Part shown: piece after piece, positions 20,915 to 30,270 of the stretch
Layout: each line of letters opens with the position of its first letter
Numbering within the stretch: the first letter of the stretch is position 1
Virus record (IMG/VR): IMGVR_UViG_3300025141_013870
Span: 1 to 64,000 of that record
Direction: 5' to 3' (one strand)
Length of the DNA: 64,000 nt
Source of the DNA: a virus
Program-made: the position numbers and the translations under genes
Notes under the pieces: generated by a model
Told to the model about the DNA's origin: nothing
Seen by the model: only the letters and a program-made list of their open reading frames with translations
Database searches by the model: none

Positions 20915-21562
20915 ATGTCTGATCTCGAGCCACTACCCGACGGATATCACTCTAAAAATCAAACGATGGTTGAACCTGACCCTCCTCGTGAGGGGTACGC
21001 TTCTGGAGGAGCTCTTGTAGGATATAGAAGTAACGTGATTCTTAAGGGGTCATTTCCTAACTCACCAGTGATGTGGAGTGACAATGCAGACGTTATCTTG
21101 ACTGATAAGAAACAGACAGAGATGTATAGAGATGATCTCTTGGAGGGTGGCATTTCTGGAGCTGGCTACCTATTTCCTGAGGGTGTTAGCTTTAACTACA
21201 GTGATTCTCCTGATATGGCTGATGTTGCAGGAGGAAACTTGGGCGGTGATGGAAAACCTGTTGGAGGAAAAACAGATTCAGATGTTCCATGGCCAGTTCC
21301 GACACCGGTTAACTCTTTAGGTACACCAACCGCTGCTGGATCTTATGGAATAGGCGCAACACCAGCATACCAGCTTGAATATGGCGGCCCAGCAATAAAG
21401 CAAAAGTCTATTAATTTTGGCGCGGGGCCATCATCGCCAGTAAATCCGTCTGCATCATCGGAAGATACAGCTTCACAAGACTTTACTAGTCTAGCGTTAG
21501 GTAAATCAAATTCTTTAAGGGTTGGATCGTACACGCCGTCAGATGATACAGGAGCCTCCTGA
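20915..21562 (+). CDS. Gly/Pro/Ser-rich head-module protein, paralogue A
   Basis: Shares QTxVE, GxR, LKxSF, SPD, NFGAG and PSxSSxD motifs with the next two ORFs. Confidence 0.65.
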   Translation: MSDLEPLPDGYHSKNQTMVEPDPPREGYASGGALVGYRSNVILKGSFPNSPVMWSDNADVILTDKKQTEMYRDDLLEGGISGAGYLFPEGVSFNYSDSPDMADVAGGNLGGDGKPVGGKTDSDVPWPVPTPVNSLGTPTAAGSYGIGATPAYQLEYGGPAIKQKSINFGAGPSSPVNPSASSEDTASQDFTSLALGKSNSLRVGSYTPSDDTGAS

Positions 21563-22098
21563 TGTCAAGTGAGAATCAGACTATAGTTGAGCTTGAGCCA
21601 TCTTCTACAGGAGGGGCATTGGGTGAGAGAGATGAGTCAAAAATTAAAGCATCTTTTGTCGGATGCCCAACATTTGAGGGAAGCTATAGTATTGACAATG
21701 ATGTTAGACGACTATACATGGCTGAAGCCCTAGAGGCATCAGACGTTGACGGCTACGGCTTCGCAGATTTTAATACAAATTATTTAGAAAACGGAGCACC
21801 AGATCTAAGCACATGCGTAGAAGCAGGAGCAGATAATTCTGGAGGTCCCCAGCTAGGATATGCTTTGACAGCAGAGTCTGATGGTACAAAATCGTGGCCA
21901 ATACCAAACTCAGTATCTGCAAAAGGTGCAACATGGACTGCACAGCCAGCTCCAGTTTATCCAGCAGGCGTCAACCCGCCAACCCAGACAAATATAAACT
22001 ACGGAAGCGGCCCAGATGGACCGACAAGCCCAAGCAAAACATCAGACGATATTGCCACGCAAAACCCTTGGGATCTAGTTCTAGGATCTTCAACATAA
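21562..22098 (+). CDS. Gly/Pro/Ser-rich head-module protein, paralogue B
   Basis: Overlapping TGATG coupling with paralogue A; same motif series (QTIVE, GER, IKASF, FNTNY..NGAPDL, NYGSG, PSKTSDD). Confidence 0.65.
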   Translation: MSSENQTIVELEPSSTGGALGERDESKIKASFVGCPTFEGSYSIDNDVRRLYMAEALEASDVDGYGFADFNTNYLENGAPDLSTCVEAGADNSGGPQLGYALTAESDGTKSWPIPNSVSAKGATWTAQPAPVYPAGVNPPTQTNINYGSGPDGPTSPSKTSDDIATQNPWDLVLGSST

Positions 22099-22122
22099 TC
22101 GTGTTATTTTTTCTAGTTCCTT

Positions 22123-22129
22123 ATATTTA
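22123..22129 (+). promoter_or_regulatory. Late-type promoter motif ATATTTA
   Basis: Intergenic, before paralogue C. Confidence 0.5.
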
Positions 22130-22157
22130 TATTATGAACACATGAGGAGAGTTAAAA

Positions 22158-22652
22158 ATGGCAGAACAACCACAGACAATCGTACAGCCTGCAGCGCCAG
22201 TAGATAAGCCGTATGGCGCAAGAAATGAGAGCAACTTACAATCGATTTTTGGAAGTTCTCCTCTCTATACTGACTACAATAGCGACGAAGAGGTGAAAGC
22301 ACTGTATCAAGATACAGTTCTAGATTCAACTGTTGAAGCCGGTCTAGGATTTGCTAATTTTAATACTGAATATACTGCAAACGGTGCACCCAATTTAGAT
22401 GAGGTCGAGACAGGAGGGGCTGGGAAGCCTGCAACTCCATATACGCCAAATCCATCATCTCCTGGACCGGGAAGTACCTCTGCTGCTGATCAACCTGAAT
22501 TTGCCGGAACAATCCCCGATAGCGCTCCAGAGTTTGGCTCTGGCCTTGGCGGGCTTGTATCTCCTAGCACGACAAGCGCTGAGATTGAAAAACAGACGCT
22601 TGGAGGATATATCAGTAAAAAGTCATACGCAGGCTCCGACGGCCAGACATAG
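22158..22652 (+). CDS. Gly/Pro/Ser-rich head-module protein, paralogue C
   Basis: SD GAGGAG; ATATTTA at 22123; QTIVQ, GAR, LQSIF, FNTEY..NGAPNL, EFGSG, PSTTSAE. Confidence 0.7.
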   Translation: MAEQPQTIVQPAAPVDKPYGARNESNLQSIFGSSPLYTDYNSDEEVKALYQDTVLDSTVEAGLGFANFNTEYTANGAPNLDEVETGGAGKPATPYTPNPSSPGPGSTSAADQPEFAGTIPDSAPEFGSGLGGLVSPSTTSAEIEKQTLGGYISKKSYAGSDGQT

Positions 22653-22658
22653 GACAAC

Positions 22659-23378
22659 ATGGCAACACGGCTTTACTATAATCCTGCCTCTGCGACAGGT
22701 GATCAGAGGACAGGACACGGTTACGGTAAGGCGCAGAAGATACCTAGCATGGGAACCGGATCAGGTTCAGAAACAATTATGGGATCTTCAGAGACTGGAA
22801 TATATTCTGAACCAGTTGAAGATGACGATGAAGAAGAAGATGCCTTTGATGACAAGGATGAGACAGATAGATTTGTCAAGATGATAAATAAAAATGTTAT
22901 GGATCCTGATCCTGCATTCTGGCCTCGTGCTGATAGAGGTTCTCTGGGACAGACAAGCATAGGCTGGGGTCTTGGTCTCGGAGCAGTTGGAATAGGTGAG
23001 GCAAACTATAGAAGAGCAACTGGACAAAAGCTTCCAGTACAAAAAGGGCAACCTCTTCCGGGTGCATCCAAAGGTATAGCTCCGTTTCCAGGCTCAGTTC
23101 TTTATCCTAGCGGATTTGACGGACCGCCGCTGGGAACTGGAAATGCAAATCAGGCATTTAATACAACAGGGCCATACAAGAGAACAGGCACACAATATGG
23201 CTCATCTAGAGCGCCAATAGATGTCCCGCAGGAAGAAGAGCTTCCCGCAATGAATTATTTGGATATTCTTGATCTAGATGATGACGAGAGATCAATAGTT
23301 AGACAGAGAATTAAAATAATGAAACTATTAAATCGAATTGATGAGCTTGATTTAAATGTAAATTTGGATTCAGCATAA
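22659..23378 (+). CDS. Hypothetical Gly-rich head-module protein
   Basis: SD AGGA; fills the gap before the scaffold gene; contains an acidic tract. Confidence 0.55.
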   Translation: MATRLYYNPASATGDQRTGHGYGKAQKIPSMGTGSGSETIMGSSETGIYSEPVEDDDEEEDAFDDKDETDRFVKMINKNVMDPDPAFWPRADRGSLGQTSIGWGLGLGAVGIGEANYRRATGQKLPVQKGQPLPGASKGIAPFPGSVLYPSGFDGPPLGTGNANQAFNTTGPYKRTGTQYGSSRAPIDVPQEEELPAMNYLDILDLDDDERSIVRQRIKIMKLLNRIDELDLNVNLDSA

Positions 23379-23384
23379 TAATTA
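23378..23384 (+). promoter_or_regulatory. Late-type promoter motif ATAATTA
   Basis: Before the scaffold-MCP operon. Confidence 0.5.
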
Positions 23385-23403
23385 AGAATTAAGAGGGCGC
23401 ACT

Positions 23404-24909
23404 ATGTCACAAACACTTTATACTGAGGCGATAGCCGAAGCGAAACTTTTAAGAGACACAGCTGAACAAAATGCTAAAAATGCTATAATAGAAGCTGTTA
23501 CTCCTAGAATTAGAAATTTTATAGAGGAACAGCTTATAGGGAAAGAGTCTTCATCACAACATGGTGATGACGATATACTCGGAGATGTTGCTTCATCTAT
23601 AGTTTCTGAAAGTAGAGAGGGAGACGTAATGCTGGATGAAGATGCTCTAATGTCTCTTTTAGAGGTTTTCGGAGGAAAGGATATATCGAATACAAGATCT
23701 AATAATGCAGTCAAGAATGCTCTCAAGGAGTCATTTGATTCCTTAAAGCTGTCAGATAAGGAAAAATTGATGCAGGCAGCAAACAAACTTAACGAAAGCC
23801 TAGATCTTTTTGAAGACAGCGTAATACATAATGATGTACGTATTCAACAGGAGAATTCCAGAATGTCCAGATTTAAAGATGTTCTTTATGAGGTAGACCT
23901 CGACGAACTAGCAGATATGGCAGCAGCTATGATGGAACAAGATGACGACGACACCAGAGAAGGTGAAGACAAGCTTGAGCTGGAACAGGATGCTGACGAC
24001 AGCGATGAAGACAGGAAACTTGATGAGATTATGAGTATCTTGGGCTTGAGTCATCTTAATGAAGATGTTATTGAGATCGATTTGGGTGACGCAGAGCTGC
24101 CTGATGATGTCCAACTTGCTGCTCGTCTAGTTGTAGATGAAGAAGAGGGCGAAGAGGTCGAAATAGATGTGGAAGCCGAGGAAGAGATGCCTCTACCCGG
24201 TGAAGAAGAAATAGAAGTAGGTGAGGAAGAGGTCGAGGATCTTGATGAGGTTTTTGATATCGATCCTAACATGCTAAGATCAGAGATCAGACGATTGCGT
24301 CGTGGAATCTCTGAAGCGAAAGATTTAGCCCAGTTAAAGGGTATTAAAAATGACATGGCACATAGCTGGGGCGGAAAAGGCAACAGTAAGGCTGGTCTTA
24401 AAGGCGCTTATGGCGGACCTGGAAAAGGAAAGGCAGGCGTCATTGGTTCGTATGGTGGAGGAAAGGCATCTGGTGATCCTTTAAAGGTGACGCTTAATAA
24501 GCTGTCTGAAGCTATAAAGAAAGAGAGACGCACAAATCGATCTCTCAGTAGAAGGCTCAGTGAATACAGAAGTGCAGTTGAAACACTTCGTGAGCAGTTA
24601 ACAGATCTTAATCTGTTTAACGCAAAACTTCTCTACGTTAACAAGCTTTTGCAAAACAAGGACGTTTCATCCTCTCAGAGGAGAACTGTCGTTGAGTCAA
24701 TTGACAACGCTAAGAGCTTGAGAGAGGTTAAGTTAGTTTATAGGACTTTAACAGAATCCTTTACGAAGGGTAATGGGGGAGTCTTAAGAGAATCTGCGAC
24801 ACGTCGCACACTCGGTTCATCTTCAAGGGTTGCAGGCAGATCTTCATCTGACAATGCTTCAACTGAGGTTAATCGTTGGGCGGTGCTAGCAGGAATTAAT
24901 AATGAATAA
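23404..24909 (+). CDS. Prohead scaffold/core protein (T4 gp22-like role)
   Basis: Acidic coiled coil directly before the MCP; LTDLNLFNAKLLYVNKLL; many [IL]xE[SA] sites. Confidence 0.7.
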   Translation: MSQTLYTEAIAEAKLLRDTAEQNAKNAIIEAVTPRIRNFIEEQLIGKESSSQHGDDDILGDVASSIVSESREGDVMLDEDALMSLLEVFGGKDISNTRSNNAVKNALKESFDSLKLSDKEKLMQAANKLNESLDLFEDSVIHNDVRIQQENSRMSRFKDVLYEVDLDELADMAAAMMEQDDDDTREGEDKLELEQDADDSDEDRKLDEIMSILGLSHLNEDVIEIDLGDAELPDDVQLAARLVVDEEEGEEVEIDVEAEEEMPLPGEEEIEVGEEEVEDLDEVFDIDPNMLRSEIRRLRRGISEAKDLAQLKGIKNDMAHSWGGKGNSKAGLKGAYGGPGKGKAGVIGSYGGGKASGDPLKVTLNKLSEAIKKERRTNRSLSRRLSEYRSAVETLREQLTDLNLFNAKLLYVNKLLQNKDVSSSQRRTVVESIDNAKSLREVKLVYRTLTESFTKGNGGVLRESATRRTLGSSSRVAGRSSSDNASTEVNRWAVLAGINNE

Positions 24910-24948
24910 CACGAACAACTGCACAATCAATCATATAAAGGAGATAAA

Positions 24949-26913
24949 ATGTCTAAGTCGTTCACACTTAATCAGCTAACCGAAGGCATTCGCGAAAGAA
25001 ACGTGGGTGCTGAGGGTATGCGACTTGTAGAAAAGTGGACCAGAACAGGTCTTCTCCGTGGTCTTCACGATCATGGACGCGAGACCATGTCACGTCTTCT
25101 AGAGAATCAGGCTGCACAGCTATTGAGAGAGCAAAACTCTCTCTCAACAGGCGGTGGTAACCTTACTTCTTCTGGAGACATCCGCGGTTTTACAAACATC
25201 GCTTTCCCAATCGTTCGTCGAGTCTTCGGCGGACTTGTTTCAAATGAACTTGTTTCAATTCAGCCTATGAGCCTTCCATCTGGTCTGCTCTTCTATCTGG
25301 ACTACACATATGGATCCAGTGTTGGTGGCGACGCCAGCACAACCACAGGTGCTCCGGGAACCTTGGCTGCATCACAGTTCACTAGAGGCCAATCAATCTA
25401 CAACCTTCCGACAGGTAAGGGTGTCCGCTCAGGATCTCTCGCTGTTGGTGGCCAGTATGACCTGGTTGGATCAACCTATTCTAAGGTCCACGCAAAGGCA
25501 ACAGGCACAAACCTGACGCTTATCGCATCTGGTGCTTATAATGGTAATTCAACTTTGACTGCAAATACTCACCTATGGGCAACAGGATCTGATGGAAAGC
25601 TTCTTCAGTTTGACCCACAGATGACAAATGTTATTGAGGATAACCTCTCTAGCACTGTTCCTGCTGCACTTGGTAAGTTCCAGGCGCTCATATTTGACCT
25701 TACTGCGTGGCCCGCTAACTCTGATCTCTCGCAGATCAAGGGTGTTGGACTCTATTCTAACTCTGGTACCGGCGGTGCAGCTGTTGTTGCAGCGGCTGGT
25801 CTTCACGAGCTTACCATAAATGAGACAAACGTTCTTCAGGGAGGCTCTGGCCTCGTTAACGTTCGTCGTCTTACGCAGCTTGGAACCTACACGGGCGGAG
25901 TATTCACTCCACAGCCTTTGGCTACAACAAACACTGCGAATGGCGCGATCCTAATGGTTGTCACAGGAACACTGCTAGGAAATGCTGCGATGCAGCCAAG
26001 CACTACGGATCATAACCTCACAGCGTCATACGTTCTTGGTGCAAGCCTTAACGTTGACTCAAGTGCGGGTGATACGTTGACAATTCCAGCATTTGAGTCT
26101 AACTTTGGAACAACTCCAGACCCAGTCATTCCTGAAATTGACATAAAGATTGAGTCAATCGCTGTAACAGCTCAGACACGCAAGCTCCGTGCTCGTTGGT
26201 CACCAGAACTCGCTCAGGATTTGAACGCCTACCACAGCCTTGACGCTGAGGTCGAGCTTACTCAGATCCTATCCGAGCAGATCGCTCTTGAAATCGATCG
26301 TGAGATTCTTAATGACCTTCTTACTGAAGCTCGTGGTGCTAACTACTACTGGTCAAGAATGCCAGGTAACTTTGTTAACAAGACTTCTGGCGCTGTTCAG
26401 CAGAAGGCGTCTACGTTAGCAACAGGACCTCAGTTCACCGGTACAGTTCGCGAGTGGTATGAGACTCTGGTAGAGACCATCATAGATGTCGCAAACCAGA
26501 TTCATCGTAAGACTCTACGTGGCTCTGCTAACTTCGTTGTGACGTCACCTGAGGTTTCTACAATCTTTGAAGCTTCGGTGCTTTACAAGCCAAACATCAG
26601 CATGGATGGGCAGGGACAGATGGGTAATCCATTCACTCTCGGTGCAACCCCTGTTGGAACAATTAGCAACCGTTTTACGGTCTACAAGGATCCTTACTTC
26701 CCGCGGAACAAGATCCTCGTCGGTTATAAGGGCGGAAGTTATCTTGAGACTGGGTACGTATACGCACCCTATGTCCCGTTGATTGTTACGCCAACCATCT
26801 TCGCTCCCGAAGACTTCACACCCCGTAAGGGCGTGATGACCCGCTACGGGAAGAGAATGGTTCGCGCTGACTTCTACGGAACAGTTACAGTCATGGATAT
26901 GAATGTAATCTAG
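24949..26913 (+). CDS. Major capsid protein (T4 gp23-like) with ~257-aa insertion
   Basis: LVEKW..TGLL.GL, MSRLLENQA, AFPIVRRVFG, VSIQPMSLPSGLLFYLD, IPEIDIKIES..VTAQTRKLRARWSPELAQDL.AYH.LDAE.EL, EIDREI, YAPYVPL, GVMTRYG. Confidence 0.95.
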   Translation: MSKSFTLNQLTEGIRERNVGAEGMRLVEKWTRTGLLRGLHDHGRETMSRLLENQAAQLLREQNSLSTGGGNLTSSGDIRGFTNIAFPIVRRVFGGLVSNELVSIQPMSLPSGLLFYLDYTYGSSVGGDASTTTGAPGTLAASQFTRGQSIYNLPTGKGVRSGSLAVGGQYDLVGSTYSKVHAKATGTNLTLIASGAYNGNSTLTANTHLWATGSDGKLLQFDPQMTNVIEDNLSSTVPAALGKFQALIFDLTAWPANSDLSQIKGVGLYSNSGTGGAAVVAAAGLHELTINETNVLQGGSGLVNVRRLTQLGTYTGGVFTPQPLATTNTANGAILMVVTGTLLGNAAMQPSTTDHNLTASYVLGASLNVDSSAGDTLTIPAFESNFGTTPDPVIPEIDIKIESIAVTAQTRKLRARWSPELAQDLNAYHSLDAEVELTQILSEQIALEIDREILNDLLTEARGANYYWSRMPGNFVNKTSGAVQQKASTLATGPQFTGTVREWYETLVETIIDVANQIHRKTLRGSANFVVTSPEVSTIFEASVLYKPNISMDGQGQMGNPFTLGATPVGTISNRFTVYKDPYFPRNKILVGYKGGSYLETGYVYAPYVPLIVTPTIFAPEDFTPRKGVMTRYGKRMVRADFYGTVTVMDMNVI

Positions 26914-26934
26914 TCCAAAGGTTAGTGGATAACT

Positions 26935-26965
26935 GAGGCGCCCTTCATCGGGCGCCTCTTTTTTT
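26935..26965 (+). terminator. Rho-independent terminator after the MCP
   Basis: GAGGCGCCC-TTCATC-GGGCGCCTC followed by T7. Confidence 0.9.
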
Positions 26966-27110
26966 GCATATTTTTTATGATAATTTGTTATAGTAAAAAA
27001 AAATCTTAATTTAATATCAACCCTGCGATGCGTGATAACACATAATGCTATTATGTGAAACTTGTCTATTTTTTCACACAATAGAGAGTGAGAAAGTGAT
27101 GAATTAACGA

Positions 27111-27117
27111 ATATTTA
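27111..27117 (+). promoter_or_regulatory. Late-type promoter motif ATATTTA
   Basis: Before the neck genes, downstream of the MCP terminator. Confidence 0.55.
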
Positions 27118-27147
27118 TGATTAAGAGTGTGATCTTAGGAGATACAG

Positions 27148-28329
27148 GTGGCGACATTTTCCAATACAACAAGCCCAACACCGTTTGGATTTTTTGATAA
27201 TGATGCTGATTTTAAACTTGAGGCCAATCATGTTGTCACATTTATCAAGAGAAAACTGGGAGACGATGTCCTTAGTGTTGAGCTAACAAATAAGCAAATT
27301 TGGGCCAGCTTAGAGGAGTCTGCACTAGAGTTTGGATCAATATTAAACCAGTATCAAGCAAAGTCGCAGATGGTCCAGTTTCTTGGAATGCCAACGACTG
27401 GGTCAGATGGAGCAATTTCGGGATCAGAGGGAAAATATCCTAGGGAAAATCTTGACTTTTTAACAAGAGTGGCTGAGCCATATGCTTCAGAGGCTGGCAT
27501 TGGTGGATCATATAACATGATATCAGGATCAATTAATCTCACACAAAGTAAACAAGATTATGATATTTATAAGGATCTTAGAGATGGTAGTGGAAATCTT
27601 GTATTTTCATCAAGTTTAAATCCGCTCAGAACAAAACTACAGATTAGTGAGGTCTTTCACTTCTCTCCTCAGGCTGCATATAGGTTTTTTGATACAACTT
27701 CAGCTATAAACTATCTTAACAATGAGTTTAGCTTTGAATCATTTACGCCTGAAACTATTTTTTACGTTCTTCCAGTTTTTGAAGATATACTAAGAGCAGG
27801 ACAGCTTGATATTTCAAATAGAGTAAGAAGATCAAACTACTCTTACAAGATAGTAGGAACACATATAAGAATCTTTCCTGCACCTACAGATGTCACTCCC
27901 CAGAAGCTATTTTTAAGAGTCAAGTTTTTCTCTAATCCCCTAGATCCGGCATACCAAGATGACACTATAAAAGGAGTGTCTAATCTATCTGACATTCCTT
28001 TTGGAAATCTTGAATATAAAAATATTAATAGCATTGGAAGACAGTGGATAAGACAGTATTCCCTAGCTGTGAGCATGGAGATGCTTGGATTAATTAGATC
28101 AAAATTTGGATCTGTTCCTATTCCGGGTTCTGACTTAACATTAAACGGATCTGATCTTGTTACAAAGGGCAGGGAAGATAAAACTAACCTAAAGACTCAG
28201 CTAAAAGAAATGCTTGAGACAATGACATATGATAAGCTTTTAGAAAATGCGGCTGCACGAGCTGAATCTGTTAATAAACAATTAAAATATGTTCCCATGC
28301 CTAACGGCTGGTCGATCTTCATGGGATAA
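27148..28329 (+). CDS. Neck/head-completion protein (gp13-like)
   Basis: GTG start with SD AGGAG; IKRKLG...VEL..KQI...EE and WIRQYSLA..EMLG.IRSKF...IPG..LTLNG; position after the MCP. Confidence 0.7.
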   Translation: MATFSNTTSPTPFGFFDNDADFKLEANHVVTFIKRKLGDDVLSVELTNKQIWASLEESALEFGSILNQYQAKSQMVQFLGMPTTGSDGAISGSEGKYPRENLDFLTRVAEPYASEAGIGGSYNMISGSINLTQSKQDYDIYKDLRDGSGNLVFSSSLNPLRTKLQISEVFHFSPQAAYRFFDTTSAINYLNNEFSFESFTPETIFYVLPVFEDILRAGQLDISNRVRRSNYSYKIVGTHIRIFPAPTDVTPQKLFLRVKFFSNPLDPAYQDDTIKGVSNLSDIPFGNLEYKNINSIGRQWIRQYSLAVSMEMLGLIRSKFGSVPIPGSDLTLNGSDLVTKGREDKTNLKTQLKEMLETMTYDKLLENAAARAESVNKQLKYVPMPNGWSIFMG

Positions 28330-28332
28330 TAA

Positions 28333-28995
28333 ATGTCAAGACTTTTTATAACGCCTAGGGAAATAAATTTTATAAACGATATAGCAAAAGAGCTTGTAAA
28401 AGATGTCGTAGGCCAAAAAATCTATTATTTCCCAATATCAGAAGTGAAATCAAAAGTGCATGATGTATATGAGGAAGCAATAGACAAGGTTTTTGAAAAC
28501 CCAATAGAGATAAATGCTCTAGTGAAATATGAGCCACAAGAGCTTAGAGCAAATATATTTGGAAGTGAAGAGTTCTATACAATCGAGGTATATGCACAGG
28601 AGAGAGATCTTTTAGACAAGGGCATCACAATATTAGAGGGTGATTTCTTTAGTTACGGGTCAGTATTTTTTGAGGTGATAACAGCTCCAGATTCAAATAC
28701 CATTTACGGCCAAGTTGAACACAAAGGGTTCACTACTATAACCGGTAAGCAGGCACGTCGTGGTCAATTCTCATCCATCACGTTCGGCCCAACTGATGAA
28801 AGCTACTCAGATCCTGATGCTGTTCAGGAAGTATTCGTCCAGCAAAGAGGATTCAGAGAGAATCAGGAAGGGGTAACAGGAGACGTAAGAGCACTACAGC
28901 AAAATGGTGTTCTCACTAAGCCTATAAGTGGGCCAGCAGAAGTTACCCCAAAAGATGCCGGCCCAGCAGGTTCAACATTCTATGGAGATGAGTAA
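28333..28995 (+). CDS. Neck protein (gp14-like head-tail adaptor)
   Basis: MSRLFITPRE..FI.DI..EL..DVVGQKIYY, DVYEEA, EGDFF.YG; position in the neck cluster. Confidence 0.6.
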   Translation: MSRLFITPREINFINDIAKELVKDVVGQKIYYFPISEVKSKVHDVYEEAIDKVFENPIEINALVKYEPQELRANIFGSEEFYTIEVYAQERDLLDKGITILEGDFFSYGSVFFEVITAPDSNTIYGQVEHKGFTTITGKQARRGQFSSITFGPTDESYSDPDAVQEVFVQQRGFRENQEGVTGDVRALQQNGVLTKPISGPAEVTPKDAGPAGSTFYGDE

Positions 28996-28997
28996 TA

Positions 28998-30209
28998 ATG
29001 CCTACTAGAAAGATTGACACGGGATACGAAGGCGCTGTTCCTGAAGACTTCAATATTCCTACATCTGGAATAGAGGAGACTGACAGAGCTTTATTTGAAC
29101 TATTTGATAAACGACTAGCATTTCAAGTAAAGATAAAGGATCAATCTACCAAGGTGCCTGTAGTATTTTCAACTGGAGAAAGGTTTGCGCTAACTAGAAG
29201 GAAAAAAGCCATTAGAGACAGAAATAACGCACTTATACTTCCGTTAATCTCAGTTCACAGAACAAATATCGATACATCACCTACGCAGGGTGGGTATGGA
29301 ACTCCAATTTCATTTAGAGATCAGCAAAGCTATGTTGTTAGAAAACGTCTAGATCCAAAAGATAGAAACTATCAAAAAATTATCAACAAATTGGCACTTA
29401 AAAATCAGCCAAGCGTGGCATCTAGAAGAAACTTTGCAAGATCTGATATCTTTCCTGGAAATATAGCAAAATCAGGATTCTTAGCGTCTAGGAGAAATCT
29501 TAATAATTTATCTCTATTAGATGATCCCAAGGGAAATCTTCTAAGAAATGACATAGGAAACAACATATTTCAGATCATTACAATCCCATATCCCACATTC
29601 ATGATGATCACGTATGAGATAGTATTCTGGACACAATATATGCAGCAGATGAATCAGATGATAGAGATACTCTTTTCTCAATTTGATGGTCAAGATCATG
29701 CATTTCAAATAGAGTCTAGAAATGGACACAAATATACCGCATATATTAAAAGTCCATTTACAAGTCAGGATAATTTTTCTGAATTTGCTAATGAAGAGCG
29801 GGTTATAAAGTATTCGTTTAATGTAAACATACCAACATACCTGCTAGCATCCCAGCACCAGGGCCAGCCAGTTCCATTTAGAAAATTTTATTCAGCTCCT
29901 CAAATAGAGTTTGGGTATAAACAGGTAAGCACACAAGTTATAACCAAGGATGATTCTCCAGAGCAAGTTATAGATACAAATAGATTTATATTGAGCGATG
30001 TTGAAAATATTGCTGTAGATGGAGAGACTCCTTCAATGAGGGGACAGGGTAGCGAGAGGCTGCAAGAGACAATTCAAGATCCGTTTTCTGACAAGGAGGA
30101 AACAAGGTACGTAAAGGTACTGACTAGGAACCAAAGGTCAGGAGAAACAGTGGCTAGTTCAAGAATAGTTATAGATTTACAAACTACTCTAGATACTGCA
30201 TCTGATTAG
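28998..30209 (+). CDS. Tail terminator/sheath stabiliser (gp15-like)
   Basis: VPVVF..GERF, LILPLISVHR, IPYP.F..ITYEI..WT.Y..QMN; directly before the sheath genes. Confidence 0.6.
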   Translation: MPTRKIDTGYEGAVPEDFNIPTSGIEETDRALFELFDKRLAFQVKIKDQSTKVPVVFSTGERFALTRRKKAIRDRNNALILPLISVHRTNIDTSPTQGGYGTPISFRDQQSYVVRKRLDPKDRNYQKIINKLALKNQPSVASRRNFARSDIFPGNIAKSGFLASRRNLNNLSLLDDPKGNLLRNDIGNNIFQIITIPYPTFMMITYEIVFWTQYMQQMNQMIEILFSQFDGQDHAFQIESRNGHKYTAYIKSPFTSQDNFSEFANEERVIKYSFNVNIPTYLLASQHQGQPVPFRKFYSAPQIEFGYKQVSTQVITKDDSPEQVIDTNRFILSDVENIAVDGETPSMRGQGSERLQETIQDPFSDKEETRYVKVLTRNQRSGETVASSRIVIDLQTTLDTASD

Positions 30210-30230
30210 AGACTTTTGACAACTTAAGCG

Positions 30231-30237
30231 ATAGTTA
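30231..30237 (+). promoter_or_regulatory. Late-type promoter motif ATAGTTA
   Basis: Before sheath gene 1. Confidence 0.5.
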
Positions 30238-30270
30238 TAACAGTATAGAGTTATATCAGGAGATTTATTA

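Noticed and set aside
27054-27078. CRP-binding site
   Set aside because: TGTGA and TCACA are 15 nt apart, not the canonical 6 nt.
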